DNA of 64,000 nt from Lepidodermella squamata (taxonomy: Eukaryota > Animalia > Gastrotricha), in the NCBI GenBank assembly GCA_047495785.1, contig JBLDXI010000010.1, positions 2,294,001 to 2,358,000 on the forward strand, in the 5' to 3' direction. The translations under genes and the position numbers were made by a program. Every line of letters begins with the position of its first letter. Positions within the stretch are counted from its first letter, which is position 1. Below, piece after piece: positions 13,583 through 26,300 of this stretch. The notes beneath the pieces are model-generated. The model made no database searches, was not told the DNA's origin, and saw only the letters and a program-made list of their open reading frames with translations.

Positions 13583-14574
13583 TGATTATGAGTGAATGAA
13601 TTTAACACGATGAGTTGGCGAAAGGTGTTGAAACAACAAGGGTGGTCAGATGGCCTCACTGATGTAGACGCAATAAATATTCATTGTGGGAGCATCAGCA
13701 AACATATATTATCATGAATGAATGGTGATTAAGTGCCTCTAGACATTGCAATAGTTGCTTATGTTTCTTTGTGTTGTACTTTTGCACGCAAAACAACTGA
13801 TAGCAGCTGATTGATTACAGCGATGACTCATTCAAGGGCAAAAAATCATGTCGCCAAGGGGGCAACAAAAACTAAATTATAGAAAACACATTATAAATTG
13901 CGAATAACAATATAAGGAAATTTTGTTTTATTTTCGATGAAAAAGAATTGAGCAACCCGCGCGTCCGTGGACACGGTACAGGCTGATTTCAGTTTTCTGA
14001 TTGCGCTCAGGTAAAGCATGTTGCGGTTTTCGGACGTCATTTGTCCGGTTATCCGAGTAAATCGTTTGCGAATTCCCTTTGATCTCGAGAATGAACACTT
14101 GAACTGTTCCAGCGCTACTTCAATGCTATCCGATGAGAGTTCTTTTGCTGTCTCGATGATACTAGGTGCTGTGAGAAACCGGTAATAGTTCGCAATGCTT
14201 TTCTGAAACAATCCTCTTTTCGGCAACTCGGGGTGCATTTTGGAAAGCTGTGTCGCTCGAGAAATTTTCCCTCAAATTAGAATCTTGCAATTTCATAAGT
14301 TTACTTTGTCATCGTTTAGTCACTTTCGCTCGCATGTGGCTTTGAATTAATTGTAGCCCTCGACAACCGTTTACTTGGGTCACAAGTAGTCGAAGTTCCA
14401 TCATATTTCTTCTCGTAGGCTCTTGATTTTCTTTTTTTTGCATTTTTCTAGTGATTTATTTTGTTTCCATTCACTAGTTCCTAACGATATTGATAGATAA
14501 GCTCTTGGATCTAACTCAAACATGGCCGTATCGTAAAATTAATTATTTATGAGTGAGCAATCAACAGAGTACGA

Positions 14575-16794
14575 ATGAACGATCCGGCGTCGTCAGCCGC
14601 CACTTTTTATGTGCTTAGCCAACTACGTAGTAGTGGTGTGAGGCCAGCTCCAAGTGATTTCGATGCATTGTGTCGGGAATTACCATTCCTATCGAAGCGT
14701 ACATATCAAGTAAGCCGATATATACCGTTGCCCGTTTCATTCAACATTATCGATTATCTATTTTGCAGGACTTTTGCGACAAAGTATTTCCGTTAGACCG
14801 AGCCGGGTCTTTCTATGCACCACTTACGCTCGACGCTAGTCTTAATTCAAATGATGCTAGTCAGTCAGATGTTCAAATTTCTGAGTATTTAAACGAAGGC
14901 GACAAACCCGCTATGGCTCAAGGTTCGCCGCCTGAAGCAGCGGCTAAAAGCAATGATAATTACTCATCTGCATTATTGAGAATACACGTGGTTGACGAGG
15001 CTAAACGCCGCAGTCAGGATTTCTATTGCGCTAAATGGTTGCTAGTTTCTAAAATGAAGTTCTTCGCCGCTCATCTAACGGACGACTCGAAACCAGACGA
15101 TGTTGACATTAGTGTTCAATGCGACGTTGTTATTTTCGATTGGTTGATGAAATACGTGCATAAAGACGTACCAGAATCTCAATTACCGGCAGGCTCTAGT
15201 TCTCAGGGTACTAACAGTTCGGGCCCGCCGGTTTTGGAACCAGCAAATGTTATTTCAATTCTGATTTCTTCCGATTTTCTTCAAATGGACGAACTTGTGA
15301 CTGATTGTCTCACCTTTATCCATACAAATACCGAGGCGGTTGTTAGCAATTCACCTGCAAACTTTAATTGGTAAGAATATTGTCAGAATAATGGATTTTT
15401 TGTTAATATTTTGTTATTTTCAGTATTTCTGAGCTGGTTTTGAAGAGATTAGCCTCTTTATTCGATATCGAAGAGCTAGATGCGATTAAGGACAAGAAAG
15501 ATAGATTGAAATCTCGTCTATATCAGGCGAAAATTGAAGCAATGTTTACGAGGACTTCATCTCATCAATTACTGGCTGATCAAGCCAATAAAGACCACCT
15601 GGCTCAACTTATTTTGGACGACATCGATATTCCAGATGCAAGCAATTTGTTCCAATGTCGAGTTTGCTTGAAATTGCTCACCCCAACAACTCATCTATTA
15701 GTTCCATGCGAAGCTAGTCAATTGCAATTGACCCGATGGGGTGAAATTGTGGCAAATCACGTCCCTGCAGATAACTTTGATGTAAACGAATGGATAAGCT
15801 CGCAATACAAAGAACTACGGTCCTGGCGAGTTGTTTTTTGGCGACTCTGGGCGACTGTCCAGTGTTTACGCTGCGTGAGATGCCGCCAATGGTTTCGCTG
15901 CATTGATTTCCCGTTCTGCTGGACGCATCCTGATAAACCAGCCGCTGATTTCTACCCTTGCTGCCGGCAAACTTTCCGCCCTTTCGACCCATTTTCAGTT
16001 CGAACTGGTGGTTGTAGGATGATGGATCATTTAACAGATTTTCAGGTATTAAATTCTCAACAATTTATGAAATCTTTATTAAATTTTCAAATCAGATTGG
16101 AGGTGATCGAACGAAAAGAATTTACGAATTGCTTCTTCGATTTCGCGAACCGATTGTTGGCGATCAATCGGGGCCGCCTGGATCCGCTGCCCCGGCCAAT
16201 CAAAGCGGATCGCAGAATTTAGCCCTTGACCCTGTTCTATTCATCCGCAGTTTTATGAACCAGAATGACGAAGCAAATCAGGGCCAAAGTAATGGCGTTT
16301 CGTCAACTCTAGGTGTTAGAAATGCAAGCCTGCCCACAGCATTCGGCAGTCCTAGGCCAGGGGCAAGCCCTCAGCCTGGAAATTCGGCGTTGAATTACGA
16401 TTTTTCGCGGTTTCTTCTCCCGACTTGGAACGTGGATTTGTCCACGCGGTTGAATCAGGACAACCAACGCCAGGCTGATTATCGAATCATGCGCGAAATG
16501 TGCGAGTACGTCGTGATGCGGAAAGCAGCGTCGGGCATGTTGGCATCGCAGTTGGGCGGTCGGCTAGCGACGGCCCAGACTGATACGAGCAGCGGCGTGC
16601 CAGTTGTCCACGCTTCAACGGCGAGTTCGAGCTCGACCCGTGAGATTCCGGGCGGTTTGTATGCGAGAATTGAAAGCCAGCTGAGGTCGAAAATGCAGGC
16701 GCTATTGGCGCCGTCGAGTCGAAACGGGCCGCGGGGGTTGATTGGGCCAAATATGCCCAATAGCCGGCAGCGACCGAGCTCTTTGTTGAAATAA
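14575..16794 (+). CDS. SANBR: SANBR/KIAA1841-like (DUF3342/BTB) protein, ~685 aa
   Basis: Exons 14575-14709, 14769-15370, 15424-16045, 16096-16794. Motifs IHVVDEAK..QDFYC..LLVSKMKFF, VDISVQCDVVIFDWLMKYV, NVISILISSDFLQM..LV, and Cys-rich W.......CVRC..WF. Confidence 0.85.
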
Positions 16795-17334
16795 ATGAGC
16801 AAAAACGAATTTCTTCAGCCATTATGAAAGCATTAATCGTCAATTCAGGTTAAAATCTCAGGAAAAGGAGAAAATATCTTATTTCGATTGTTTTGTTGAT
16901 TTGCACTGAATTTCTAGCACCTCTGGTTGATGAAACATTTGAGAAATTTTGCTGAATTTGCTTTGAAAATCAGAATTTTCTAGTCGCAGCAAATTTATTT
17001 AAATTGCAAAATGCGATGGTTAAGAAAACCCCTGGATTGACGATGGGATGAACTAAGAATACCACGTGTTATTTGGCTGATATCGCGATGCAAATATTTG
17101 CGCACCTGAAGTCCTTCACGAATACACTCTCTCTAATCATCATATAGTTTTGCAAATTTCATTTATTATTCTTAATGTCTACCGAATGTATTGTGATATT
17201 TTATTACGCCTCGTTTATGATCTGTGATCACCTTCATTTTAATTCATTTTATATTGATAATTCAAATTTAATAAACATATTCACTGAATTTCTTCATTTT
17301 TTAGAGACTTTTTTGTATATTTTAAATGGCCTGA

Positions 17335-20300
17335 ATGAATGAATTGGCACCGCTGGTTAGCCTTGCCGAGGAGGACCAGCGCCTGTTGTCCGCCTCGGCT
17401 CGAATCACTTCGCATGCTCATCTCATCGCCCAGCTGATCCACTCGAGCGTGACCCGCCACCACGCCTCGTCGATTCGTATAAAAGTCGCATTTTCTACTA
17501 GCGAATCATCGTCGCATTTGACCTTCGAAGACAACGGGTCTTTTTCGAAAAAATTCATCGATTCGCTGCGAAATGTGTTTAAACAGCGAATTTTTGCGGA
17601 ATTACAGCGGCAATTGGACCGTGAAATTGGGCAATTTTTGCCTTGCTTGAACCATGCGTCGATTTTAGCGAGGCAACTTTCGATAAATTGGCCGCTATTG
17701 ACCGGATCCGATAGGTGTATTTCACTCAAATTCACAGATGGAAATTTGACTACATTCGAAATGAACAATTCAGACCGTAAAATGAATTTTGTGAAAATCG
17801 ACGATTTATTCGCGAATGTACCTGTTCGGCAAAAATCTATTGATGCCGGTGAGGAGATGCGAAATATTGCGAAGCTGGTTGAAGATTTGGCGATTGGTCA
17901 CTTTTCAGTGCGGTTCACGTTGGTGGATCGAGAGGACCGAGTGCTGCTTGAAACGAATGGTGCTGTTTCGTCGCGGTTCGACGCGTTTCTAGCCATGAAA
18001 TCACTGCTGGAAAAATCTGACTTTACCCCAATTCGATTTCTATCTGGCAACCAGGTAAGACTATTTGAAATATAAAATACTCTCCGTATTGTTAGTAAAC
18101 TATTTCACTTACAGTTCATAGGTACTAAATTTCGGTAAATATCGATATTTATTAATTACTGACATTTTGAATTTTAAGTTGAAATAATTTGTGTTATAAA
18201 TTTGATTTTGATGTCTTGATATTGAGATGGATTCGTTTATATTACCTGGGAATTGTGAGAAGAAGATTGCAGCTTTTTGATACGTTTTGGTCATGAAATA
18301 TAAGTTTTAGATGTGCAAGCCGCATGGAAACTATCGTAAATCAGTTGATAAGACAAGGCACTTCATTCGAAGCAGCATTGCATGAGCAACGAGAAATTGT
18401 GAACGCTGGCCAATTTTTTGTCATGAGTTGTACTTTTGTCTAGTTAAGGGCTTTTCAGAAAGAGTTTGGGATTTTGTTGATCCTCGGAAATGCAGAGACT
18501 TGCACGTGCATCAGATTGAAAATATAGCTGAGCTGGGATTTAACAAAATCAATCAAGTTCGACGTACATTGACGATTGAGATCGTTCAAAGTGGCCGGAA
18601 GATGAATTAACTAATTTCCCATTCAATCAGTGGTTTTCAATCAAGAAGTAGCCATAAATTAGCTATCAAACCATTAAAATCATGTAACGCTGATATTTAG
18701 AAATTCATTTATGGAATTCGCTCAATTTATAGGAAAAATAAATGATTTTTTATGAATATTTTCAGGCCAACGATGCGAAAGGCTATGCGATAAGCGGTTA
18801 CATTTCAACGAAACGACTCAGCGAGGCGCATCTGCACACGGCTAAAGTAATTCTGGTCAACAAATCACCGATTTCTCGAACTTCACCCCTTTATGACCTA
18901 ATCGATCGATTACTATCGAAAAGCTACGTCGGCCACGATCGGCGATCGTTCAGTTTTCTGATTTCGATAAAAATCCCCGGCCAACAGGTCGGTCTCGATT
19001 GGCTTGACTGCGGTTACGAGGCGAATTTTCGCAATTTACCGGCGCTGAAACGGTTTTTGAAATCGAGTATCGCCGCTTTTGTCAAGAATTGCCTCGAAAA
19101 TGTTGCTGAAATTCAGGTTGAAAAACCGAAGCATTTCGTCAAATTCAACCGAGTACAAAGCCGGGGTGGTGATTTTCACTCGGAATTCGAACCTAGATCA
19201 AGCAGCAGCTCATCACAGGAGAGCAATGACGAAAATCAAGAAGTCGGCCACAAAAATTTGTTGCCAATTTACTTCAAACCGCCCGCAATGCCCGTAATGT
19301 CATTTTCGGAGTGTTCGAAAAAGCCGATTCTAAGTCAAATGGATGAGAAATTTGTGTTGACGAGGCGGGATTTGAACGCGTTACGCTTGATTGGCCAATT
19401 CAGCGATACCGTCATAATGTGTTCACTGGAGAAAAATTCGTCGAAAATTCTAGTCGCGATCGACCAGCACGCGGCGCATGAGCGAATTCGCCTCGATCGA
19501 TTGTTGGGCCGAGAGCCGAAGTTATGCCGCGATTTTTCGCCGATTTGCGGGTCCGAATTGGCGATCGATCGACTCAGTGACAGTTTTGCGTTCGACTGCG
19601 TTCAGTGGCCGCGGCTCGGCTTCGAACTGAATCGACTGGGCGAGGGTGGCAACGCGAGAATTGACGCGATTCCCGATGTTTTGATCGATATCTTCGACTC
19701 TGATCGACAACAAGTCGATAAAATGTGAGTGAGATCGAATTTGAAATTAACAATGATCAATGTGTTGGTCAAATTATCAAAAATTGAAGTTTCCATAAAA
19801 TTTAACGCGGCTTCATTTTTATTTAAATTTGGTTATTCGATGCTCGATGGACCTTAGAAATTATATTTGGGGTCAGTGAAACCCCGTCATTTCGGCGGCG
19901 ACGAATAATAATAACATGACTAAAATCAAAACTGGCGAAAATAATATTGAAGTTTATACACTCTGGGAAGGCTGTTTTTCACACGCAGTGAGTTCGTAGA
20001 TAAAAGTTATTTGCATTGATCATCTGTTTGCAGATGACTTTGATGAGCATGATCAGGCCGGAGAGCAATGGAATACGCAATGTGGTCCTGTGGCCAGCCA
20101 AAACTGATACTCGACTTTAGGTAGAGGGAAGGAAAATTTCTTTTGATTTGCCATTCGACTGATGAATTGATGAAAGTAGACTGAAAACGATTATTAAAAC
20201 CGATCAAATTGGCATCTTGTAACTAAGGGTCCTCATTATTGTTGAAACGCTTTCTGACATAGATTTATAGAAAAGCATGCCCGGGTGATTTCCTAGAACT

Positions 20301-22647
20301 CGGCGTGCCATGATGCCCCGAAGCATGCCTGCTCCAGGCCTTGCTTTAGCTGGTATCTCAGATATATGGCTTCCCAGCTTCAGATGAATCAAAGGCGATG
20401 AGTTGTGGTACCCGAAGAGTATGGCGTCGCATTTATCTGGGCACAAGATGAGGCGCCAACGTCTGCACCAGCTGAAGGTATTGTTCAACTGAGACTAAAG
20501 TCGGCGAACACAGTCTAGTAAGGACTTTCCGTAAGCCCAGTTAAGGGCATATGTTGCCACTCGGCGGTTTTCCGTCGTCCGGCTTAACCTCCATAGGCTG
20601 CATGTCTGCTGTAAAGAATATGAAGAATAGAGTGCCGAGGTGCGAGCCTTGAGGAACCCCATAGTAAATTTCTCGCTCAGAGCTGAGCTGATCCTCAATT
20701 TTGATTTTAAATTAACGGCGATTTTAAAAGCTGTCTCTCGGTAATCGTTTGTCACGTATTCCGCTTCCATCGCTTTTGCTGGTCCTCGTGGAATTGCTCA
20801 GACTGATGCTGAGGTTGTGGCTGCTGAGCCGATTCCTGTGAATGCCAAACCATTATGGCAGCAGTTTATATTTTAATATTTCATTATTATACGCTTTCAA
20901 TTTTATTGATGCATTGGTCAGCTTTTTCGGCTATGAATTAATCAAGTTGAATTAAAAATTAGAAACCTACGTCGATTTCTTCAGTGGCAAAATTTACCGC
21001 TGGCCGTCTCGAACTTTATACGCCGTAGATCAGCGTTTCTGTTCATGGTTGCATCGCTTTCATAAATGTTGGTCAATTTCTCGAAGTGATGCATACGGTG
21101 ATGCCATGAGATCGATGTCGTCATCGAAGGGGATGATGTCCTTTTCCCGTTTGAATCCTAGTAATGTGCCATAGCTGGTTATTGGGAAAGTAATTCGCCA
21201 CACATGTGCGTTATTTTGTCGTAGTTTCACCATTTTTGGTAAATCGCCGTCATTTGCGTTGGAAGTAAGGCGGTGAGTACTGGTGAAGTTTCCGTCTGGG
21301 TTCTGTAAAGCAAAGTCAAGTCGTTTTTACGCTAAAAATCGTTATTATCCTTTTCCGTTGTTACTTTGCAACGACATCTATGCGGTACCACGTGGCCCGC
21401 CGCTAGTAATAATCGGTATTATTATAAGCGGTACTAATTAGAAATGGTATAAATAATAAATCGACTGTAATATCCGGTGGCGACACAGATGTCGCAGATA
21501 CTCACACGCGAATGTACGTCCAGACGTGCCTCGACATCCTGCGGCGGTATCTCCGCATACGACCTGGTTCTCCGCACCGCCTACATTTGGAAGGAGGCTG
21601 CCAACATTCTCGCCTCGTGTGAGCACCACGACCACAGTTATAGCACTTCGGATCGTTCCGGCTACGCTTGTGACGCCCGCCATTCGCGGATGAGACACGA
21701 GTTCCAGATTTACAGAGATCCATAGCAGCTCGCTGACAGTCTTCGATAGCGCCACGTACAGTTTTGCCTATGCCTGAAGACCGGTGAATGAAGGAAGACC
21801 CCAACACGGGAAAAAGTTATTCGCCGTCATCTCAAAGCACAATTTCAAAGGAAATAGAGATCTTTTGAGGCAATAGGGATGGATTTTTCGCTGGGTTCTA
21901 GTAGGAAGCGGAACACTTATAGCAGATAATTCCAAGCTGCCTATTCTGCGACACGTAAACTTGAGAACTAAGAATACTAAGAATACCCAAATCATCTTCA
22001 ACAGTTCTATTCTCCAATCGCCAATTGGGCGAATAATTCAGCGATCGCAAGAAGTTGCCCGGTCCTTCGCTTTGCCGTCATTTTGTCTTGCAGAATAGCA
22101 ATCGGTGAGGGTTGCTTCATGGTTAGTAAAGGCTTGAAAATTTTGCTGAGTAAAGGTCGCCGGTCAACGCGGAACCAAATTTTCGGGGTTTCACTCTTAT
22201 TCCACGTATTGCCTGGGAATTATCATCCCTAAATTTTGAAATTATTTCGAAATGTTAATCAAATCGAATTTATTTTTTAGGCAACTGATTCAACTGGTCA
22301 ACCAAGTGATAACCGAGGTTTTATCGAACCCGAAGCGCTACACCCGCCTGTACGATGTGCCGTGCGTCGTCGAAGCCATGAAATCGTCGGCTTGCCGCGG
22401 CGCCATCAAAGCCAACACGCCGATGTCACGTGACCACTGCGCCGGCATCCTGATGGCTCTGCGCCAGTGCAGCGACCCGTTCCACTGTGCCCACGGCCGG
22501 CCTGGCGTCGTGCCCATCGCCCGCTTGCCCGACGATACGACGGCGGCGGCGGCGGCGGGCGTTAATAATATAAGCGACGTATCGACGTCTCGAAAATTGT
22601 GCAATTTTATTAGAAAAAATGAAGACGACGACGAGTCGAGGTCATGA
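17335..22647 (+). CDS. MLH3: MutL homologue MLH3 (compact, ~681 aa)
   Basis: Exons 17335-18054, 18766-19724, 22281-22647. Motifs DLFANVPVRQK, IDQHAAHERIRL, SACRGAIK, PFHCAHGRP; CAHGRP and DQHAAHER are MLH3-type. Confidence 0.85.
20007..20780 (-). mobile_element. Non-LTR retrotransposon RT remnant in MLH3 intron 2
   Basis: WCRRWRL.LCPDKC..ILF, then HI..I..KA...GML and FYKS, typical of the end of LINE RT domains; disrupted. Confidence 0.55.
21060..21233 (-). pseudogene. LicD/fukutin-family phosphotransferase fragment
   Basis: 57-aa ORF below the track cutoff: ...SYGTLLGFKREKDIIPFDDDIDLM..., matching the LicD motif GTLLGxxRxxxxIPWDxDxD. Confidence 0.75.
21382..21407 (+). mobile_element. Helitron-like 3' terminus
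   Basis: GC hairpin GCGGTACCACGTGGCCCGC followed by CTAG|T; a near-identical hairpin is at 29809. Confidence 0.55.
21502..21807 (-). mobile_element. Gag-like remnant with CCHC zinc knuckles
   Basis: CYNCGRGAHTRREC followed by a degenerate second knuckle CRRCGEPGR. Confidence 0.65.
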
Positions 22648-23334
22648 CTACAAGTGGATCTGAAATGCTAAATGGGTGCTTGAAAACTTGAAATATCGCT
22701 ATCTCAACTGTTTTTTCCACCATACATCACATTTTTGTATGTTATCATCTCAGTATTATTCACGGGTAATTATTATTGACTCAAAGAGTGAGGGCTTTTT
22801 TGTATTTTGAACTTGTGTATCCAAAAATGTTATTTGAGCCTTTCTTTCTTTCCTTCTAATATTCACCACAACAGCTTGAATATTCCGCCGATACATAAAA
22901 CTCGTGCATATCATAATCCCAGTGTGAAGCATACCTATTGCTTTTGCTATTGTTCAAAGTCTTCTTCAAGCTCTTGAAATGTTGAATGCACTAGGCCGCT
23001 GCAAATTTTCATTTTTTTTAAATTTTAGGTGGAAAAGTTGAAGTTGAAGGTTGAAGGGGTTGGTTTCGTCCTGGTCTAATTTTTGATAAAATTAAGATGA
23101 CAGTGAATTTTTAAGATACTTCGAAAAATTAAAACGAAGGTAAATTATTTTCCTAAATTTTAGTGTCTAATTTGCGCTAAGATCAATTTGAATAGTGAAA
23201 CCAAATGAAAATTTGCTGCGGTTATTATATTTGTAACTTGGGAAAATTACATGCTTTGACAATGAAAAATGACCTAAAATACCTGAATATATCGATTTGG
23301 CTGTAATTTTAGATTTTAAGAATATTTAAATTGA

Positions 23335-26300
23335 ATGTCAAAACGAAAGCCTGTAATTGAATTGGAAGAAAATCCATCAGCCGATTCGTTGAAAACGCTC
23401 GTTTCTTGCCTCGTTAAAGATGCGAAAAAGAAGAAAGACAGCAGGAAGAAATTGAAGAAACGCCAAAATTCAGCATCGTCCTCATCCGAGTCGCAAAATT
23501 CCGATGAAGAGGAAGAAACTGAACCACAAGAGATCGAAGAGGAGGAGAAGCAGGAGGAGATTTTTGAGGACGAAAACGACCAGATAAACTCGGACGATGA
23601 AGACGACGATGGCACGTCGACGGTGGACGGCGGTTCGGTGACCACTTTCACGGCGTCTCGCTCGAACGACCCTTTCATCGCGCATTACGGCCTCGAGCTG
23701 AGCGACGACTCGTTGAGTCGGGAAAAGCTGAATTTTCAACGCTCGACGATTACCGATGCCGAATTCCTATCGCCCGGGTTTTATTCATACTCGAATTTAT
23801 CGCGATTCCAGCCGAGCGGGCCGAATTTCAAAATTTCAGACGCTGTAAATCCAGATTTGTTCAGCGATGCGAAGCAGATGAAAGTTAGACAGACGCTGAT
23901 CGCGAGATTTCGGCAGTTGAATGCGAAATTTTTGGAGAAACTCGAGTCGCAAAGCCAGGCGAAGCTGAACGGCCTCATGACGCCTGTTCAATACGAATTT
24001 TTCGTGGCGCTGAATAATTACATCGATTTATCGACGCCGAAATTCAATTTGGATAACTGTGAAGAGTTGCGGCTCGTTTACTGCCTTCATATTCTGAACC
24101 ACCTGTTGAAATCGCGGAAAATTGTGGCGCTGAATAACACTGCGTTAAAAAATGCCGCGAAATCGAAAGATAAGAAAAGTGAGTTGTCGCGTTTATTGTT
24201 TTAAAAATTCTGAGGGCGGGTTGAATTTGTAGCTCAACATTTTACGCTGAATCTGAATTTATATTAGAAATTTTGAAGAACTTTGGCGAAAATCGGTTTG
24301 GTTCGATTCTCAACAATAATTCAAAAGCAATTTAATGTTCTAAATTGGAAAATCCGATCGAAGAATGGAATTCAAGCGCTTTGAAATTTTAATAATTTTA
24401 TTTTTTTGTTCCATTTTATTTTCCCCAACTTTATCAGGGAATTTCTTCAAGAAATTTTGAAAATTCGTGAAAAATTTAATTTCGATCCAATTGTCTTGAA
24501 TTAATCGTAATTTCACAGCCTTTCTCTCCCACTACCTAACCGTGTCGCGATAAAATTTTTGAAATAATTGATAAACTTTGAAATTATATAAACGTTGAAG
24601 AAAAATGTTCCCAGTTATTTCTCGAGTTTTCACTCAATTGTTCGAAAATTTGAAATAAACCTCGCTTTGTTTTTAGATCAAACTGAGCGCGAATACCGAG
24701 ATCGAGGCCTCACGCGAGCCAGAATTCTCGTCCTCCTGCCTTTCCGCGAAACCTGCGCCCGCGTCGTTCAAACACTTTGGTCGCTTCTCGCCGAAGAAGA
24801 GCGCCTCGTCGTGTCGAACCGGCGGCGATTCAGCGTCGAATACGCGACCGAGCCGGGCCAGAGGAAGGCGCGCAACTTCCGCGACACCCCGTCCGATTTC
24901 GACCGGCTATTCTCCGGCAACTGCGACGACAACTTTCGCATCGGCCTCAGCGTTTCAAAACGAACGTTGAAACTCTTCACCGATTTCTACGCATCAGACC
25001 TAATAATCGCCAGTCCATTGGGGCTGAGGTCAATTACGCCGAGAGATAACAACCCGACGTTGAAAGGCGTCGCGTCGAGTGAAGAAGCGCTGTTCGATTT
25101 TTTGAGTTCGATCGAAATGCTGATAATCGACCATGGCGACGTGTTATTCATGCAAAATTGGGAGCATGTCCTAGCCGTGATGAAAGATTTGAACGAAATG
25201 CCGAAACAGCCGCACGATGTCGATTTCAGCCGAGTGCGCATGTGGGCGCTGAATGGCGTGACGAAATTCTACCGGCAAACAGTCCTCCTATCCAGCGTCA
25301 TGTTGCCGGAATTTAACGCGTTCATGACGAAATTTTCGTTCAATCGAAACGGCCGGATTTTCGTGTCGAAACTGATTGAAAACGGCTCGATCGGGGATGT
25401 TGCTCATGTTTCGCCGCAGTTGTTTCATCGGTTGGATGATGCGGTGGGCGATTTGTCGACGGCGGCTGATAAGCGGTTTGAGTATTTCACGACCAAAGTA
25501 CTGCCCGGTATCGTGGATTCGCAGCTGAGCCACACGATCATTTTTATTCCGTCGTATTTCGACTATGTGCGGCTGAGAAATTACTGCAAACGCGAGCAGT
25601 TCAACTGCCTGTGGATTTCTGAGTAAGTATTTCAGGAAAAGCTTTCATTTAATGTTGCTGAAGTTGCTCAAATATTTAAGTAATTTTTGGGGGGTTTTAC
25701 CACGATTTTATTCATTTTTCAATACCTATGAGATGTACCTATGAGATTAAAAATTATAATCAAATTCGAAACCCACCAACACACAGATGTTTTATGTACC
25801 ACTTTGGAAAATTCTGAAAAATGCTTAGCTTTTTTATTCAGAGCGGAGAGTAGTTATTAAGAATACTGATTTTCGCAGATGTTTCGCAATCACCCAACGA
25901 AATCCAAAACCGCAACTTGTTCACATATATTCCTGTTTTTTCGGAATAATTTATTCCTGAATATGTTTTGGTTGGCTATTAATAGGGGAAGGGCGTGGCT
26001 AACAAATGAGACAAAAATGTCAAGAGTACGTGGCTAGATGACGGCGTGATAACACACGAACGACACGCCTTACGGACCCAGAGTAGCACTTCCTTCCAGT
26101 ATATCTCTATTATTAGTGTCATATTATAAGTTATAAGTGAAATCTTGACTGCTCAACAGTTCGAAAAATACGAAGACTAGGAACATGCGGCTTTCGAATT
26201 TTTATCAATCAAAGATGGGGGATTTTTTATGCTTTCTTTCATGGGTTCATATGGGTCTTATATAGCTCTTAGTTTATTCGAGCATTTAGCTGTGCATCGC

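Noticed and set aside
13891-14238. 115-aa ORF between the divergent DUSP and SANBR genes
   Set aside because: No recognisable motif, the upstream sequence is interrupted by stops, and no splice partner was found.
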